Origin: Psammoneis japonica
Taxonomy: Eukaryota
Assembly: GCA_008632985.1 (NCBI GenBank)
Contig: QPGO01000002.1
Coordinates: forward strand, 930,001-994,000
Reading direction: 5' to 3'
Length of the DNA: 64,000 bases
In this document: one piece after another, positions 13,752 to 26,834 of the stretch
Numbering within the stretch: the stretch's first letter is position 1
How the letters are laid out: the number at the start of each line of letters is the position of its first letter
The notes under the pieces: generated by a model
What the model saw: the letters and a program-made list of their open reading frames with translations, nothing else
Told to the model about the DNA's origin: nothing
Databases searched by the model: none
Program-made: the position numbers and the translations under genes

Positions 13752-14426
13752 TTACGGTCTCCGGCTTGGAATCGTTTGTTGCCATTGTTGTTTCAGAGGT
13801 GTGTACGGCTGGTATACTGCTTTCCTGTACTTCCTCTGCCAAACTGTTTTCATCCATTTCGTCTTGATCCAGCATGGCATCAATCGGATCGTCCTCACCA
13901 AGTATCCGACAAATTGGTACTTGTCGTGAGTGTCATAGAGTTCGATCCATTTGTTTAATTCCTTCAATTCCTTTTCCGAAAGACCCTCGGTGGATGAGGA
14001 TATACACTCGGGTGTATCCTGTAAACATCCGGTAGCAAAGGCCCTCGTCGCATCCGTCCCGACAAACAAGTGATACTTTCCATCCGGTCCATAAAATTTC
14101 CGTCCCTGACTGACATCGTAAATTCGTCCGCGAATCGACAAATACAACGGCACATCATCGTCTTCATGTCCCTTGAAGGATTCCAAATCATCACGTGTCA
14201 AATAGAGTGCATCCTTTTCTTCCAATTCCAATTCCACGTGTGGTGTTTCTCGATCCAACAGCATGGGAATGAGAGCGTGTTGATTATTCCCATAGAGCCG
14301 CTTGCGTGCCTTGCTACGTGCAACGTCACGAAAGAATCGCATGGCCACCTTGTTGATATTGAGAGTCTTTTTGGCAACCAATGCTGCTGTTGCCGCAACG
14401 CTTACAATCCAAACAAGCGGGGCCAT
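13752..14426 (-). CDS. Cytochrome b5-like heme/steroid-binding protein (MAPR/neudesin-like)
   Basis: LYLSIRGRIYDVSQGRKFYGPDGKYHLFVGTDATRAFATGC...KYQFVGYL. C-terminus probably frameshifted. Confidence 0.88.
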   Translation of the reverse strand: MAPLVWIVSVAATAALVAKKTLNINKVAMRFFRDVARSKARKRLYGNNQHALIPMLLDRETPHVELELEEKDALYLTRDDLESFKGHEDDDVPLYLSIRGRIYDVSQGRKFYGPDGKYHLFVGTDATRAFATGCLQDTPECISSSTEGLSEKELKELNKWIELYDTHDKYQFVGYLVRTIRLMPCWIKTKWMKTVWQRKYRKAVYQPYTPLKQQWQQTIPSRRP

Positions 14427-15275
14427 GGTTGATTCGGAGAAGAGTGCGAGAGTTGAAGGCCGACGATGGCCGATCCGATCCTTTCCACGGATCTTGCTTC
14501 AATTAAAACGCTTCGTATCCATATATAATTCAATGTTACACATTTTTTCAAAAACCAAGCATACTTTTTAGAGAAATTCACATTTTCTGCTTTTTCGCAC
14601 AGAATCCCAGATCTTCCTGGATCTTACAAAAACGAGTGATGCTTTTGCTTTTTTTATTTTGGCTACCGAAAAAAGGCAAACGCAGGTTGGAGAACATGCT
14701 TTTTCTTTGCCTCTGTTTTTGAGGTTGCATTGCTAAATACTTCTAGTTTGGTGGAGCCCGTAACACGAGGGGTGTCTACAATATGCCTCACAAAACAACA
14801 CGGGCTTGGTGTACTGTAGGGCTGCGGTATCGCTCGCGCACAAGCTTGGCAAAGTCGGGTATTAGACTATTACCCTACCAGGGTAGTTCGTCTCTTTTAC
14901 AGAGATTGGTGGGAAAGTCACTCGAGATAGCCAAAAGTAGTGTAGGGGAAATCGACTTGTACAAAGCAATTAAACCAAAATATAATGACTGGAACTGAAA
15001 CAAACAACTAGTAGAGAAGATAGACGTAACTACTAATACAACACGATATCCATCGCGTACATGGGACCGCAACACAACCCAGGACTCCAAATGGCATTCA
15101 TATAGAATTGGTATCCAGAGCGCACGCTAACTTGGCAAAGTCCTTGTAGTGACGAGAAACAAGTGTCTCTCTTGTTCCTTCACATAACCGCCTGCCATGA
15201 GCAACAACACAGCGCCGTCTCGATACTGGTTCCGCGGCAACGAGTACGTACAGAAAAAAAGCATGTGGGGCATTC

Positions 15276-16166
15276 CTACTTGGGAATCTTGTCTTCCGGG
15301 TCTATGCAAAAGAGATAGCAAACAAAAGCAGCTCGTTAGTGTCGGACCATATACATCAGCAGCAATAACGACCCTGTTCCAAACTAATACTCACAATCAA
15401 ACGCCGACGTAATTCCCAAAATACGATGCACTTCCTTGCTATTCATACCCCGCTTCTTGACGAGATACGACTTGCACGCAAACAAATTGTCCGTCCAGCG
15501 ATTGGCCGCTTCCGTGACAAGCTTGAGTTCCTGTTGCAAATCCGCCAAGGCTTGAGGATCATTTTCCTTGAGCGATTCCAATTCCGCCAGCGCCGCCTCG
15601 CGTTCTTGTTTCAATTCCGCGAGACGCGCCAATTTCTTGGGACGCTCGCCATCGTCATCTTCGCGACCACGTTTGGCATTGACGAGTTTGGACGATGCGT
15701 CCACGAGCTTTTCCTTGAGCGTCTGTATGTTCTCCAAGACTTGATCGTGACGCAACTGGTTCTGGCGGTCCTTTTTGGCCGGAAAACTCCAAAAGTAATT
15801 CGAACCGCCAATCTTTTCCTTGTCCACCAAACCGTCATCGACAAGACTCTGATTGATGTCAGCGACACTGAGAAATAAAAGAGAGCGAATGAGAGTACGT
15901 GAGTTGAGCATGTATCAATCCCACGAAACGTTCTTTTCCCGCGGCGCGCAAAAAACTGCAAATTCGATCGAGTGTCACGCAATTACACTCAACAACACTA
16001 AAATAAATAAGCCACATTTACGATATACTTACGTATTAGCATTGACACCCTCCTTGGACGCCAAGGCTAGAATCTCCTTTTCCGTGTAGACTTGCTTGGA
16101 GGAGTGATAGATGCGGAGAATCGTATCGCGCTTCTCTTGCGCCGACATGCGTTTCGAACCACCCAT
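15276..16166 (-). CDS. MND1: Meiotic nuclear division protein 1 (3 exons)
   Basis: Exon 1 MGGSKRMSAQEKRDTILRIYHSSKQVYTEKEI. Exon 2 QSLVDDGLVDKEKIGGSNYFWSFP...AANRWTDNLF. Short last exon ending PEDKIPK*. GT-AG introns at ~16030-15870 and ~15395-15300. Confidence 0.92.
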
Positions 16167-16839
16167 ATTGATAACGACGTTTCCCTTCTTGATGAGATTA
16201 TAGTGTTTCAGAGGAGAGTTCTGTGAGTTTTGGTGTTACGGTAGCGTCGGTGTTGTTGTTGATAGAAGTATCAACACAACACAGCGATACGATCGATTGT
16301 TGTTGTTGTGTTGCGGTGTGCTTGCTGTTCTCGGCGCGCGCCGGCAGAAATTCAAAATGATGCGTACAAGTCTACGAGAGTTTTCGTATGTAGAACTCAG
16401 TATAAAAATCTCGTAAAGCGAATTCTCCTCGTGGCGGTCTGTCTTGGCCCGTCGTTTTGACATCTCGTCCTAATCCTACCTACCGGTACCGGTGCTGTAG
16501 CCCTCTCTCTCTACTCTACTAACTTAGGGCCCTAGAGCTACTAGATTAGTAGCTAGCTCTACTCTCTTGAGCTACTAGTATCTAGCTCTAGCTAGAGAGT
16601 AGAGACTACATCCTGAATCCTACCTATCCTATGCATACCCGTACTCTCTACTCTCTAGAACCTGAAAGTAGAGTAGAGACAAGATGATTAGCACTACAGT
16701 ACAAAAGGCAAAGTAACAAAATAGGGTTGTTTAGCTATTGACAATGTTTCACGCGATACATCTAAACAGATACAGGAAAAAGAGTCTGCCTTGAATTTCA
16801 GCGGAGCAACAATCTAGTTGCAAGCTCTACCCTCTCTAG

Positions 16840-17700
16840 CTAGAACTCCACTTCACTGCCGTATTCCAATCGTTTTTGCGGACTCCTTCTTCCTGTCAAC
16901 AAGTATGTAATGCCTCCATACAACACGGCTCCTCGTACCATTGCAACAGGTCCGGCTTAACGGCGACACACACAGTTCCGTCAGAAAATCAATTCAAGAA
17001 AACTGCAACTCGACACTCACTCACATAAACTACAACTCACCATTTTTCGAAAAGTACGCTCCCGCCGCTGCCGAGGACAAGATGGAATTCCATTCATCGT
17101 CTACTCCACCACGAAGTATTCTGGATCCGGTATTGAATCCACCAAAGATGGCACTGATCGCCGCCCACTGTTTTCCCCACCGCACACTTTTGGCATTCAT
17201 GCGTGCCAACCGAGACGTGACTTGAGACGACAGTCGCGCTTGGCGCCTGTGTTTTTAAACAACAAGGCTGGTACTCCCGTGACAGTGCCCAAGACATAGC
17301 CCGAAATGAAACCCTGCACATATTCCATGCCAAAGACAATTGCCAATTCGAGAGAACGAGCAACAAATTTTCCAGCCAAGGGTAATTCATCAAACGTGAC
17401 GGGAGCAGCGTCATTGTTATTTTGTTGCGTTCTTACTGTAGAGCTTGTCGTCGACGAGGTATTCTTCTGACGACGAGAATGTCCGAGAATGGCAGCCGCC
17501 GGTGGATATCGTCGTGCTGACGACGAGTGGAATGATGAATGAGTTCGTCGTCGTGAACCTTGCCTGTACAAAAACACTTGCTGGTGGTGGTGACTCGTGG
17601 ATATTATACGAGCTTGTATTGTACATCTTGCAAGTATAATACAACACCAAGTCAGCACTACTCGACAAGAACAACAACACTGCCGTCTCATGGTGGCCAT
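16840..17700 (-). CDS. Tim17/Tim22/Tim23 (PRAT)-like organellar membrane protein; one intron and one apparent frameshift
   Basis: GFISGYVLGTVTG, then after a shift WGKQWAAISAIFGGFNTGSRILRGGVEDEWNSILSSAAAGAYF. Last exon GPVAMVRGAVLYGGITYLL...EVEF*. Confidence 0.6.
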
Positions 17701-17879
17701 TGCTTATAAGCTCCGACCGCCGATCTTGCTTTGGCTGGACTTTTGACCTGATCGGGCGGGATGACAGACGGCACTGAAAATGCGCGATTCATGCGCGCGT
17801 AAGATTTCCAATGGCTCTGTCTGTCGGCATGAGCACGGAGTGGTCATTTTGCCATGGTGAATGTTGTTTTGGAGTTTGT

Positions 17880-18560
17880 TATTTATTCATCACTGCACTG
17901 TACCGTGCCTGCTAAACCTGCCCGCCCAAAACTGCAGCAGTAGCCAGCTGTTGTGTGCCTGCCTCATCAGCAAAGTTTTCAAACAAAAAGTTTGCTCTCC
18001 AGCAGCCAGCGGCTGGGAGGGTAAAAATCCACAGTTTGGCTCACATGAGATGCCTTCAAACCACGGAAAGTGCCACAGGAGGGGCCATGTGCCTGGTGGC
18101 AGGTGCCCTCTCTTGAGATGATTCATTTGGGCCTGCTTTGGGGCATGCAAAAATGAGCTTTTGTCGCGCTGCCCCAGCTCCTGCGACACTGTGCCGCACA
18201 GCTGAGAGCAGAGAGCACTGCGTTGGTCGACAAAAGTTTTGCAAATGGTTTGTTTCAATCGAATCAAATTGTTGTTGGAGCTCTGACACCTTGCACAGAC
18301 ACTGCTGTCATGTTGATCTTGAACACAGGTGACTGGGGTGGGGAGAGACCTCCTGGCAGCAGCTTGCGACGGACTCTTGGGATCTGCAGTCATTGAAAGT
18401 GAGGGAGCTGACACTCGCTGAACTCCAAGACTTGTTTGGAGGAATTTTGCCTTGCCAACAGTGATTACACCACAAAGTTGTTTGATTCCCTGCAAGTCTT
18501 GACAATTTCTTGACATGTTGCATTTGTTCTCCGTTCTCGTTTCATCTCAAAAATCTTTTC
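17880..18560. other. TpA-depleted degenerate block
   Basis: Near absence of TA. No recognisable domain. Confidence 0.45.
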
Positions 18561-18749
18561 GGGAATCATTTGGTCACTTCGATCTTAGATGGCGACCGCA
18601 TGTGTTGTGCTTGTGAGTCTCAACAATGACCTCAGTTGTTGCACAGTCTCCGTTGCAGTTCTTTTTTTGCTTGCACATTGTTGCTGCATGTTTGCTGCTG
18701 ATCTTAGACGGAAATGGTGGCTGGTCATCAGACAATGGTGGAGGAGTTT

Positions 18750-19652
18750 GCAGGTTCACAATCCCATGATTTCACTGTGGTTTCATCATTGCCTTCAACT
18801 CCAACAGGCCACTGGCAACTCCTTTGTCTCAGCCAAGTGCCGTGCCCTCCTCAACACCTTCAGCTGCTTCATCTGCTGCACTGTCAGAGGTTCCGAGTGC
18901 AGCTCCCAGCGATGTGCCTTCCTTGATGCCTTCAGCGGTTCCATTGTCAACACCATCAGAGGCTCCTGGCGTGGCTCCCAGCAAGACACTGAATGTCCAG
19001 CTGCCACCACTGCTGCCATCACATGCATCAGGCGAGGTTCCATCAGCGGCACCAAGCAAGGTTCCATCAGGGGCACCAAGCGAGTCCATCAGGGACACCA
19101 TCGGATGTCCCGACCGATTTGCCTGCTGAAGTGCCAACCAACTCACTGACCGAGGTGTCACCCGCTCTGACATGTCCCTCGGGGGAAAGGGAACTGAAAG
19201 TCTCTATAGTTGCCGATGATTTTCCACAGGAGATTAGGTGGGATGTACATCAGCGAATCGACAATCATTGGCAATGGCAACACAGGAGGAATTTCGGACA
19301 TTGCTGTCTCCCAGATGATGCAAATTGCAACTGTGAAGCTGGGGCCGGATGCACTTGGCCAAACTTCGAGGAGATTGTTTGCATCGAAGACACCACTGAT
19401 GAGTTCAGGTTTCGAATGACTGATGCTGATCGTGATGGCCTCTGCTGTCTTGGTGAAGATGGCGAGGGCAGCTGGGAGATGTTCCCAGATGGCCAATTTC
19501 TCGCTAGTGGTGGTGGTAATTTTGGTCGTCGGGATGTATTCAGGTGGTTTGGTACCAGCTCGGCTCGAAATTTTTTTGCGAGGGACCGCGCTAGGAATGA
19601 AAGTGAAGAAAGGAGGATGAGTCATGTAGTGAATAGTGATGTAAAGCACTAG
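18750..19652 (+). pseudogene. Degenerate secreted-protein gene with PSxxPS repeats and a DG.CC..G.G module
   Basis: PSAVPSSTPS..PSAAPSDVPS repeats, a frameshift, then ELKVSIVADDFPQEIRW...FRMTDADRDGLCCLGEDGEGSW. The 5' part lacks TA. Confidence 0.6.
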
Positions 19653-19869
19653 GTTACTACATTGCCAGCGTCTTCCATCAATTCCTCCACAGTTGTTCCA
19701 TGTAGCCGCTTTGCTTTACGTTTTTCTCTCCGTTGCCACTACGAGTGTGAAAGCCAGTTGCGCTGAAACATGTCGCGTCGCTACAACATCTCTAGAAGGA
19801 TTATAATTCAGACAAAGTTCAACTTGCCCCACATTCACAAAGAAACTTCACGGGAGATTAACACTTAGA

Positions 19870-20802
19870 CTAAAATTGCTGAGTTGGAACACCCAAAAAG
19901 TCAAGTTCTTCATGGCACCGCATAAAGTAGTCAGGGTCAGGATATCCAAACGCACCGGATCCACCAGACAGGTTTGTCTTGTGATGAATGGATGTCCACG
20001 TGACCGTGTTGGACCGACCAGTCGTCAAGGATGTACCCACGGTAAAGACGAGTCCTCGTTGAAACGCGTATTTGAGCCGCTCGAGAAGTGCACGGCCCTC
20101 GGTGCAGTCGGGTAAAAATGCCATTCGGCTCGTTCCGCTAAATCTCGTTCCCGGGTGTTCGTGGTATGTGCGTTGAATGCCACCTGGAATATGATAGAGA
20201 ATTCTCAGAGTTCCCTGCGGATATCCTTGGCAAGTTAGTAAAGGCTGTCTGGTGACTTCCATGATGCCAGATGGCGATCGTCCCTGAGGCTCAAACACGG
20301 GTTTGTTGCAAAGTGGGCACTGCTTTTTGTGTTCCAGTGCCATTTTGATACACTCGTAATGATATACATGACCGCACACTCTTAGACTGACAGACTTGGC
20401 ATGACTGCTGTTTAGAGATTCATGGCAGATGACGCATTCCCTGTCGGATTCAGAGCAAGCGTCTTCAACTACGCTGTCGAGATTTGAAACGTGCATGGTT
20501 TCAGGCGCAACATAGGTGAACCTGTCAGCGTTGGACGATGAATTCTGAGATAGTTGCCTGCCCATCGACAAACTGGAAGCAGCTATCATCCTTGAATGAT
20601 CCATGAATGATGACATATTGAGATCTTCCGCAAAATTACTAGCTACCATTTCCATTCCCGACCCCGACAGCACCGAGTTCGTGTCAGATGTTTCTGGTAC
20701 CCACACTCGCGTTCTCGGTGACTGCGACTCGTTTGCAACAGCCGTCTCACTGTTGTCGCTTCTCTCCTCCTTGCCACCTACTTTGATATCATTCTTATCC
20801 AT
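19870..20802 (-). CDS. Deltex-like E3 ubiquitin ligase (RING + Deltex C-terminal domain)
   Basis: RING: CVICHE...CGHVYHYECI...CPLC. DTC: PSGIM, YHIPGGIQ..HEHPG, AFQRGLVFTVGTSLTTG, IHHKT, FGYPDPDY. Confidence 0.92.
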   Translation of the reverse strand: MDKNDIKVGGKEERSDNSETAVANESQSPRTRVWVPETSDTNSVLSGSGMEMVASNFAEDLNMSSFMDHSRMIAASSLSMGRQLSQNSSSNADRFTYVAPETMHVSNLDSVVEDACSESDRECVICHESLNSSHAKSVSLRVCGHVYHYECIKMALEHKKQCPLCNKPVFEPQGRSPSGIMEVTRQPLLTCQGYPQGTLRILYHIPGGIQRTYHEHPGTRFSGTSRMAFLPDCTEGRALLERLKYAFQRGLVFTVGTSLTTGRSNTVTWTSIHHKTNLSGGSGAFGYPDPDYFMRCHEELDFLGVPTQQF

Positions 20803-21292
20803 ACTTCTGCAGAGATTGCTTCGTCTTTTGTTGACAGCAATTGTCGGTTCGTACTGGTTCTGATGAGTTGTGTTTTTGAGGGTTTTGGGTTTCGTTGCTC
20901 TGCTTTGGCTTGCTTTGGGCGATGATTATTCTTCATTTTCGGCGATTGATTCGTGGGTCTGCCGCCCGTTGACTGCCTCGCGGACTCGCGGACTTGCTAA
21001 AACCTTACTTCTACATACATACCAGTACGATACCGTACAATAAAAAGCCCGCGCGATCTGAACTATCCATTCTACCCTCTCCCTACGAGGTACTGTCATA
21101 GGACATTTCTTGATACACGTCATTCTCCCTCCGACAAAGCAGCAAGCGCCACCACCCACCACATCACAAAACACGTGAGTGAAAAAATCTGAAAACCATT
21201 CCAAGCGCAGTGATGATGGTTGGTGGTTGGCTCCTTTAATTTCGTGCCTCGTTCAAAGCTCGAAGTGAATCTACAAACGGACAACTGAACAA

Positions 21293-23292
21293 ATGAGGGT
21301 TCTCCGAGTGGCTCTCGTAGCGCTTGTGGCTACCGATTTGGGCTTTGAGTTTGTAAAAAGTTTGTCTCCTCCTCTGGCACTGGTTCGACATGGAAAGTCG
21401 CGTCTTTCGCCTCTCTTTGTTTCCACCACTGAAGCGACAAGCTCCACAGAAGATGTGAAGACGGGAACAACGGTTGGCGACACGCGTGGGGCAGCTCTTC
21501 GTTTAGAAAATGTAGAAATATCTCGAGGTGCTTCTCCGCTGCTCAACAACATAAATTGGTCTGTGCAGCCCAAGGAACGATGGGGAATTGTCGGACCCAA
21601 TGGAGCAGGAAAGTCGACGCTGCTCGGCGCTATTACCGGAACGGTTCGAATGGACAACGGCAAGGCACTGGTTGGTCCAAAAGTGCGGGTTGGTTATTTG
21701 AGACAAAGTGCCGTGAGTGGATCCACTAAAACAGTGGCGGAAGAAGCGCAAAGTGAAATGACCTTGATTGAAAACGCAAGAGAACGGTTGCGGCGTGTTT
21801 CTGAAAAGGTGGAAGCAGGTGATTTCAGTGACGAGACATTGGAGGAAATGGGTGATGCGCAAGAGGAGTTTGAAGCCGTCGGGGGTTATGAACAAGAACA
21901 AATGGTGGATAGTGTATTGAAAGGCCTTGGCTTCGAACCAGAAGATTCGGACCGTTTATGCTCTGATTTCTCTGGAGGATGGCAGATGAGAATAGCTCTT
22001 GCAAGGCTTTTGCTTTCAAAGCCATCGCTGTTACTTCTTGATGAGCCGAGCAATCACCTTGATTCCGCCGCACGTAACTGGCTGGGAAAATACATTGCCA
22101 AATACGACGGTAGCGTGGTCCTTGTCTCTCACGACATTGGATTGTTGGAAGCGTCTGTCAACAGCATTGCTGAGATTAGCGGCAACACCCTGTTGGAGTA
22201 CCGCTCGTGCTCCTATGGCAAGTATTTAGATGAAAAGGAATTCCGCGCTACCTCGGCAATGGCCGAGTACGAAAGGAACATCGCTGAAGCTCAAAGGTTA
22301 CAAGCCTTTGTGGACAAGTTTGGTGCAAGTGCAACCAAAGCCGCAAGTGCTCAATCACGAGTTAAAATGTTGGAAAAGATGAAGAAGGAAGGCAAGCTCG
22401 ACCCACCTCCGGTAGCGGTAATATCGACGGGACCAAAGCCAAATTTGGTCCTACCACCACCACCAAAGCCACTGGGACAAGACTTACTCAAGTTGAAAAA
22501 CGCGTATATTGGACATGATCCCAACGAAGAACCCTTGTTGAAAAATATCAATTTGACTATACCCAGAGGAATGAAGCTCCTTCTTCGTGGGCCCAATGGA
22601 GCTGGAAAGAGTACACTGCTCAAAGCATTGAGAGGCAATATGAAGCACATGATTATTGAAGGAACGCGAACCGAGAATGACAGACTCCGGTGAGTTATCA
22701 AATGATATGACGTATCAAGCTGTCTGATGCAAAAATGGAGGTCGCTACCGAACTATGTGTTTCATCTAAACATGCTTTGCTTTTCATACTGCAGCCTTGG
22801 TGTATTCACTCAGATCTAGCTCAGGAGCTTGACACAAGTGCACGAGCCGTAGATATAGTGACTACATATGCTAGAGAGGGAAAAGACGGTGACATTAATA
22901 TAACGGATGAGACCGCACGTGGAGTCATGGGCCGACTGGGTCTAGGAGGGGAAAAGCCAGTACGGCTGGTTGGAGAACTGAGCGGAGGAGAGAAAGCGAG
23001 AGTTGCATTGTCAATGTTTGCGTTAAAAGCATCCAATCTACTCATGCTTGACGAACCTTCGAATCATCTTGATGTTGGCTGTATAGACGCAATTGCTGAG
23101 GCGTTGAGTCAATGGGGTGGAAAAGACGGCGCAGTAGTGGTAATTTCTCACGACCGTGCATTTTGTGAAGATGTTGGGTTTACTCATGTCGGTACAGTTT
23201 CGAACGGAGGACTGGTCCTAGAACAGCGATCCCTCAGGGATAGTGATTGGGACCAGTATGAAATCAATTCCTCCAGTTCTAAATTACAATAG
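21293..23292 (+). CDS. ABC-F family ATPase, probably organelle-targeted; intron ~22691-22794
   Basis: Two NBDs (GPNGAGKST twice, FSGGWQMRIALAR, LLLDEPSNHLD, LSGGEKARVAL), no TM domain, hydrophobic N-terminal presequence. Confidence 0.95.
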
Positions 23293-23485
23293 CTTTTGTA
23301 AATGGCAGAGCTACAGGGTACGGTATGTACAGTATGAAACAAGCGTTGCTATCGCGCATTTCGAAAACACTCTAAAGATTATGTTCGAACACAAAAGACT
23401 GTGCTTTGGGATAGTCACGCAGCCTGTCATCGATCAGAGCGATGGAGCACTGGAGCACGTAGATGCCCCTGATGAATATTCAAGA

Positions 23486-26400
23486 TTAAGCATCCGGGAG
23501 CTTCTCTATCTTGCTATCTGTAGGATAGTAACCCATCCCTCCTGTCTTGAGACCAGTGACCAAGCCGTCTCCAAACTCCCTAGCATCTTCAACGCGCACA
23601 TAACCAGTAGCAGTGTTGTCATGCTCCTGCAATTTCTTCTTACGATAAGCCTCCATCGCGTTGGCAATTCTCTGATCATTAAAAACTCGATTCTTCATCA
23701 TCCACGGCATCAGTGCAACCACGAAGAGCTGTCTCCAACAAGCACCAGCATTCGTGGAGAATTTGCTTCCATGCTTGAGTTTCATCATGTACATGCACCC
23801 CAAACGTTCGATATAGGGGTGCCGATGTCCGTCATGAGCTAGAAGGTCTTTCTCGAAATTGAACGGCAAATAATCGAAACCGTACCCAACCAAATTGACA
23901 TCCTCGTCCAGGAAGCGAACGTCAATGCGTCCCAGCCAAAACAAGGCGGCGAGAAGGAACTGCAGAAGACGGCCAAGGATGATTCCCCCGCCCAATCCGA
24001 TATACCACCCCTCCAAGGCAAGCAGAGACAAGTTCGCCGAGAATGGTTTCGTTCGATAGTAGGCAGCATAGTATTTTTTCCTCCAAATCATGGTGAGAAT
24101 CATTTTCAATACAATTGTAATTGACAGCCCGATACCCCTTGGTGTAGTACGTTCATAGAAATGGGCTTTGTTGAGTGCTTTTCGTTTCACCTCTAATCAA
24201 GCAGTTACGAAAAAGGCTTACCATGCAATTAGCGAAATCATAAAGTCCCTTGTAGCGTCCCATACCAATAGGAATACAACCAACGATACCAGAAGAAAAA
24301 AGAGGACCGCGCTTCCTGTCATGGCATAAATGGCACCTTCACAGCATGAAAAAGATAAAGGAAAGTATGAAGGTGAGTCGGTGGGCAATGGATCAATAAG
24401 ACCTTAAGAGCAACTTACTTGATATGTTAAGGTAAACAGTATCTGGGTTTTGTCTGTATGTATTGAATAGTTTCGATGTTAACGATGGCTTCAGTCCACA
24501 TCGATATTGCAAGGTAGTCTCTGTGGCACTGATAACAGGCAGCGGCAAGGATGAGGGCGCAGAACATTTCAAGCTCCGATAGCATATGCACAGCATTGAT
24601 TACCTTGGAAGATAAATCAAAATGATCGCCACAATAATAATAATCATCACCCCCGTCGCGGGATAAAAGGCAGCATAAACCTGTTCACTTGTTGGAACAA
24701 AGTCGTAAACCCATTGGGGCAACGAATCGTACTCGTCCAAGTCGGCTCTCGCCTTGTCCGCTGCATCAGCCACAATCGGGGTAACTTCCAGCGCGAGCAA
24801 AACCAATATCACACCCAGTGTAACCTGCGCCGCCTGAATGACATAGATACGAGAGTTGATCCACACTCCCTCTGTGTGAAACAGCTCTTTATTGAGTATT
24901 CGTTTCCAGGTCCACAAAAGCCCCCCACATTTCTCATATCTTTCGCCGTGCAACACAAAATTCGACATGGTCTCCTCTGTCGACGTGCTACGACGAAGTG
25001 CGGAAAAGTAACTTTTTCGTGCACTGCTCTTGGAAACCCCGGGATGAAGCGAATGCGCGTTTTGCAACATTGCATTGATCTTTCTTGTTGCAGCCTTCTT
25101 GGTCCGCCATGAGCCTCGAACGTTAGAAGATGCAAGGACTTTTCCGAAAAAGTCTGACCCTCCGCTATTGGAGCATCTCATTGTGGTTTTGAAAATCAGC
25201 TGAATCAGAAACGCACACACGAGCACGTTGCCGAGAGCAAACGTGAAATTTTGAATCATTTTATACCACTCATAGTTCACCGTTTGTTCCACAGCAGAGT
25301 AAGGTTCCACTGACTGATCTCTGAACCACGCAATGATCGCGAATGGCAAATAAGTAAAGACGCAGGCGGCGAAACTGCAAAAGAGCGTCACTCTTGGGTG
25401 GGAATACACGGGTGTGTTCCCAAGGCTGAGCGGGACAACAACCACAATTCCTGTTAGAGAAAGCGTCACGGCAAGAATAAACCATGTGACGACAGTGTTT
25501 CCCAACCGGCATCCAAAGCTATCGACGCAGCTCAGCTGAAAGGCTTCGAGATCCTGAAAGAGAACACCGTATACAATGGCGGTTCCGACGAAGAAAACCC
25601 AAATAATGGTCACCATCAATACAGAACCATGGCAATCAACAGTGAAGTCTATGTTGGTCGCCGATAGAGGACGCTCCGGCACGTAATTATCCTTACTCCT
25701 GCCGGCTTTCTTCACAAGGCCTTTTTCCGCATCTGATTCTTTTGTCTCAGCTGCATTCTTTGCATAGTGCGTTCCGTCCATCGGTTTCTTCTCATCACGA
25801 CTGTCGTATTTCCAAACATCATAGTGTACAGTAGACAACCGGTCTTCCGATCCCACTTCCCACGGTGTCAAGTCCGAGGTGAGCGCTCTTGCGAATGCAT
25901 ACTCATCCAGAGGAGTTCCCGGACCACCCGCAGCTTGAACCATTTCATGAATCAATTTATTGTCCATGACACGTTCGCGTTCCCCACATGCGTCCAAAAT
26001 GGACTTGATCAAATCAAAACTAACAATTGGAACCCGTGTTTTTTCTTTCAATGCTTCAATGGCGTCACGTTTGCTGTGGCGCTCGGATAAACCCGCAGAC
26101 TCCTCCTCGCTGTAAAGCACTGCCAGTAGCATTTGCAAAACATCTTCAATCATCCCTTCTGGCTTGGGTCGTAATGACTCATACTCCTCATGTTTCCGTT
26201 GTTCCCGTTTTGCGGCTCGTCGTTGTTTGTATATTTGAATTGGATTCCATGGACAGCACGATTTCTTGTCCTCTTTAGTTTGTCCGTCTTGGCTTTCGTC
26301 CTGGTCGAGCGCATCCTGAAACTCGTCTTGAAGCTCTTTTCCAGCACGGGCAATTGTAGGAATAAGAATAATAGATAGCAACTGAACCAAATCTAGATAG

Positions 26401-26834
26401 GCTTCTGGTTGTTCCTCTTCAACATGACTCGGCTCCTCTTCTGTCGAAGAGTTCTCTCCATGATTCTTGGAGTTGGATCCTCTTAGTCTCTTTACAACCT
26501 CCCCGGCACGACTCCGGATACCCAAGAGAGTTTTTGTCTTTTTTCCTTGTCGTTCTTGTTCTTCCTCCTCCTCTAGTTCTTCGTGCAATTGTTCCAAAAT
26601 TCGTTGAATCACGTCTTTTCCAATCACACCACCACCCAAACCACTGACAATCGTTGTTCGAGCGTCCGTGTGAGACACTTGTAAACCAAAACGACTCCGA
26701 AGAAAGCGTACTATATCCGTACTACTGACTGTAGCGTTTTCTCGACAAACCGGAAGACAGGTCTGATGCAAGGCGGCAATGTATTCCAGCTCCTTGACAT
26801 CCACCGGAGCACCCACGGGACGTCGAAATGGCAT
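23486..26834 (-). CDS. Large multi-pass membrane protein, multi-exon; C-terminus reminiscent of STRA6-like family
   Basis: ORFs 24600-26834 and 23486-24190 joined by short exons. Many TM segments. GRID..L...D......HRHPYIE motif. Family assignment is tentative. Confidence 0.7.
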
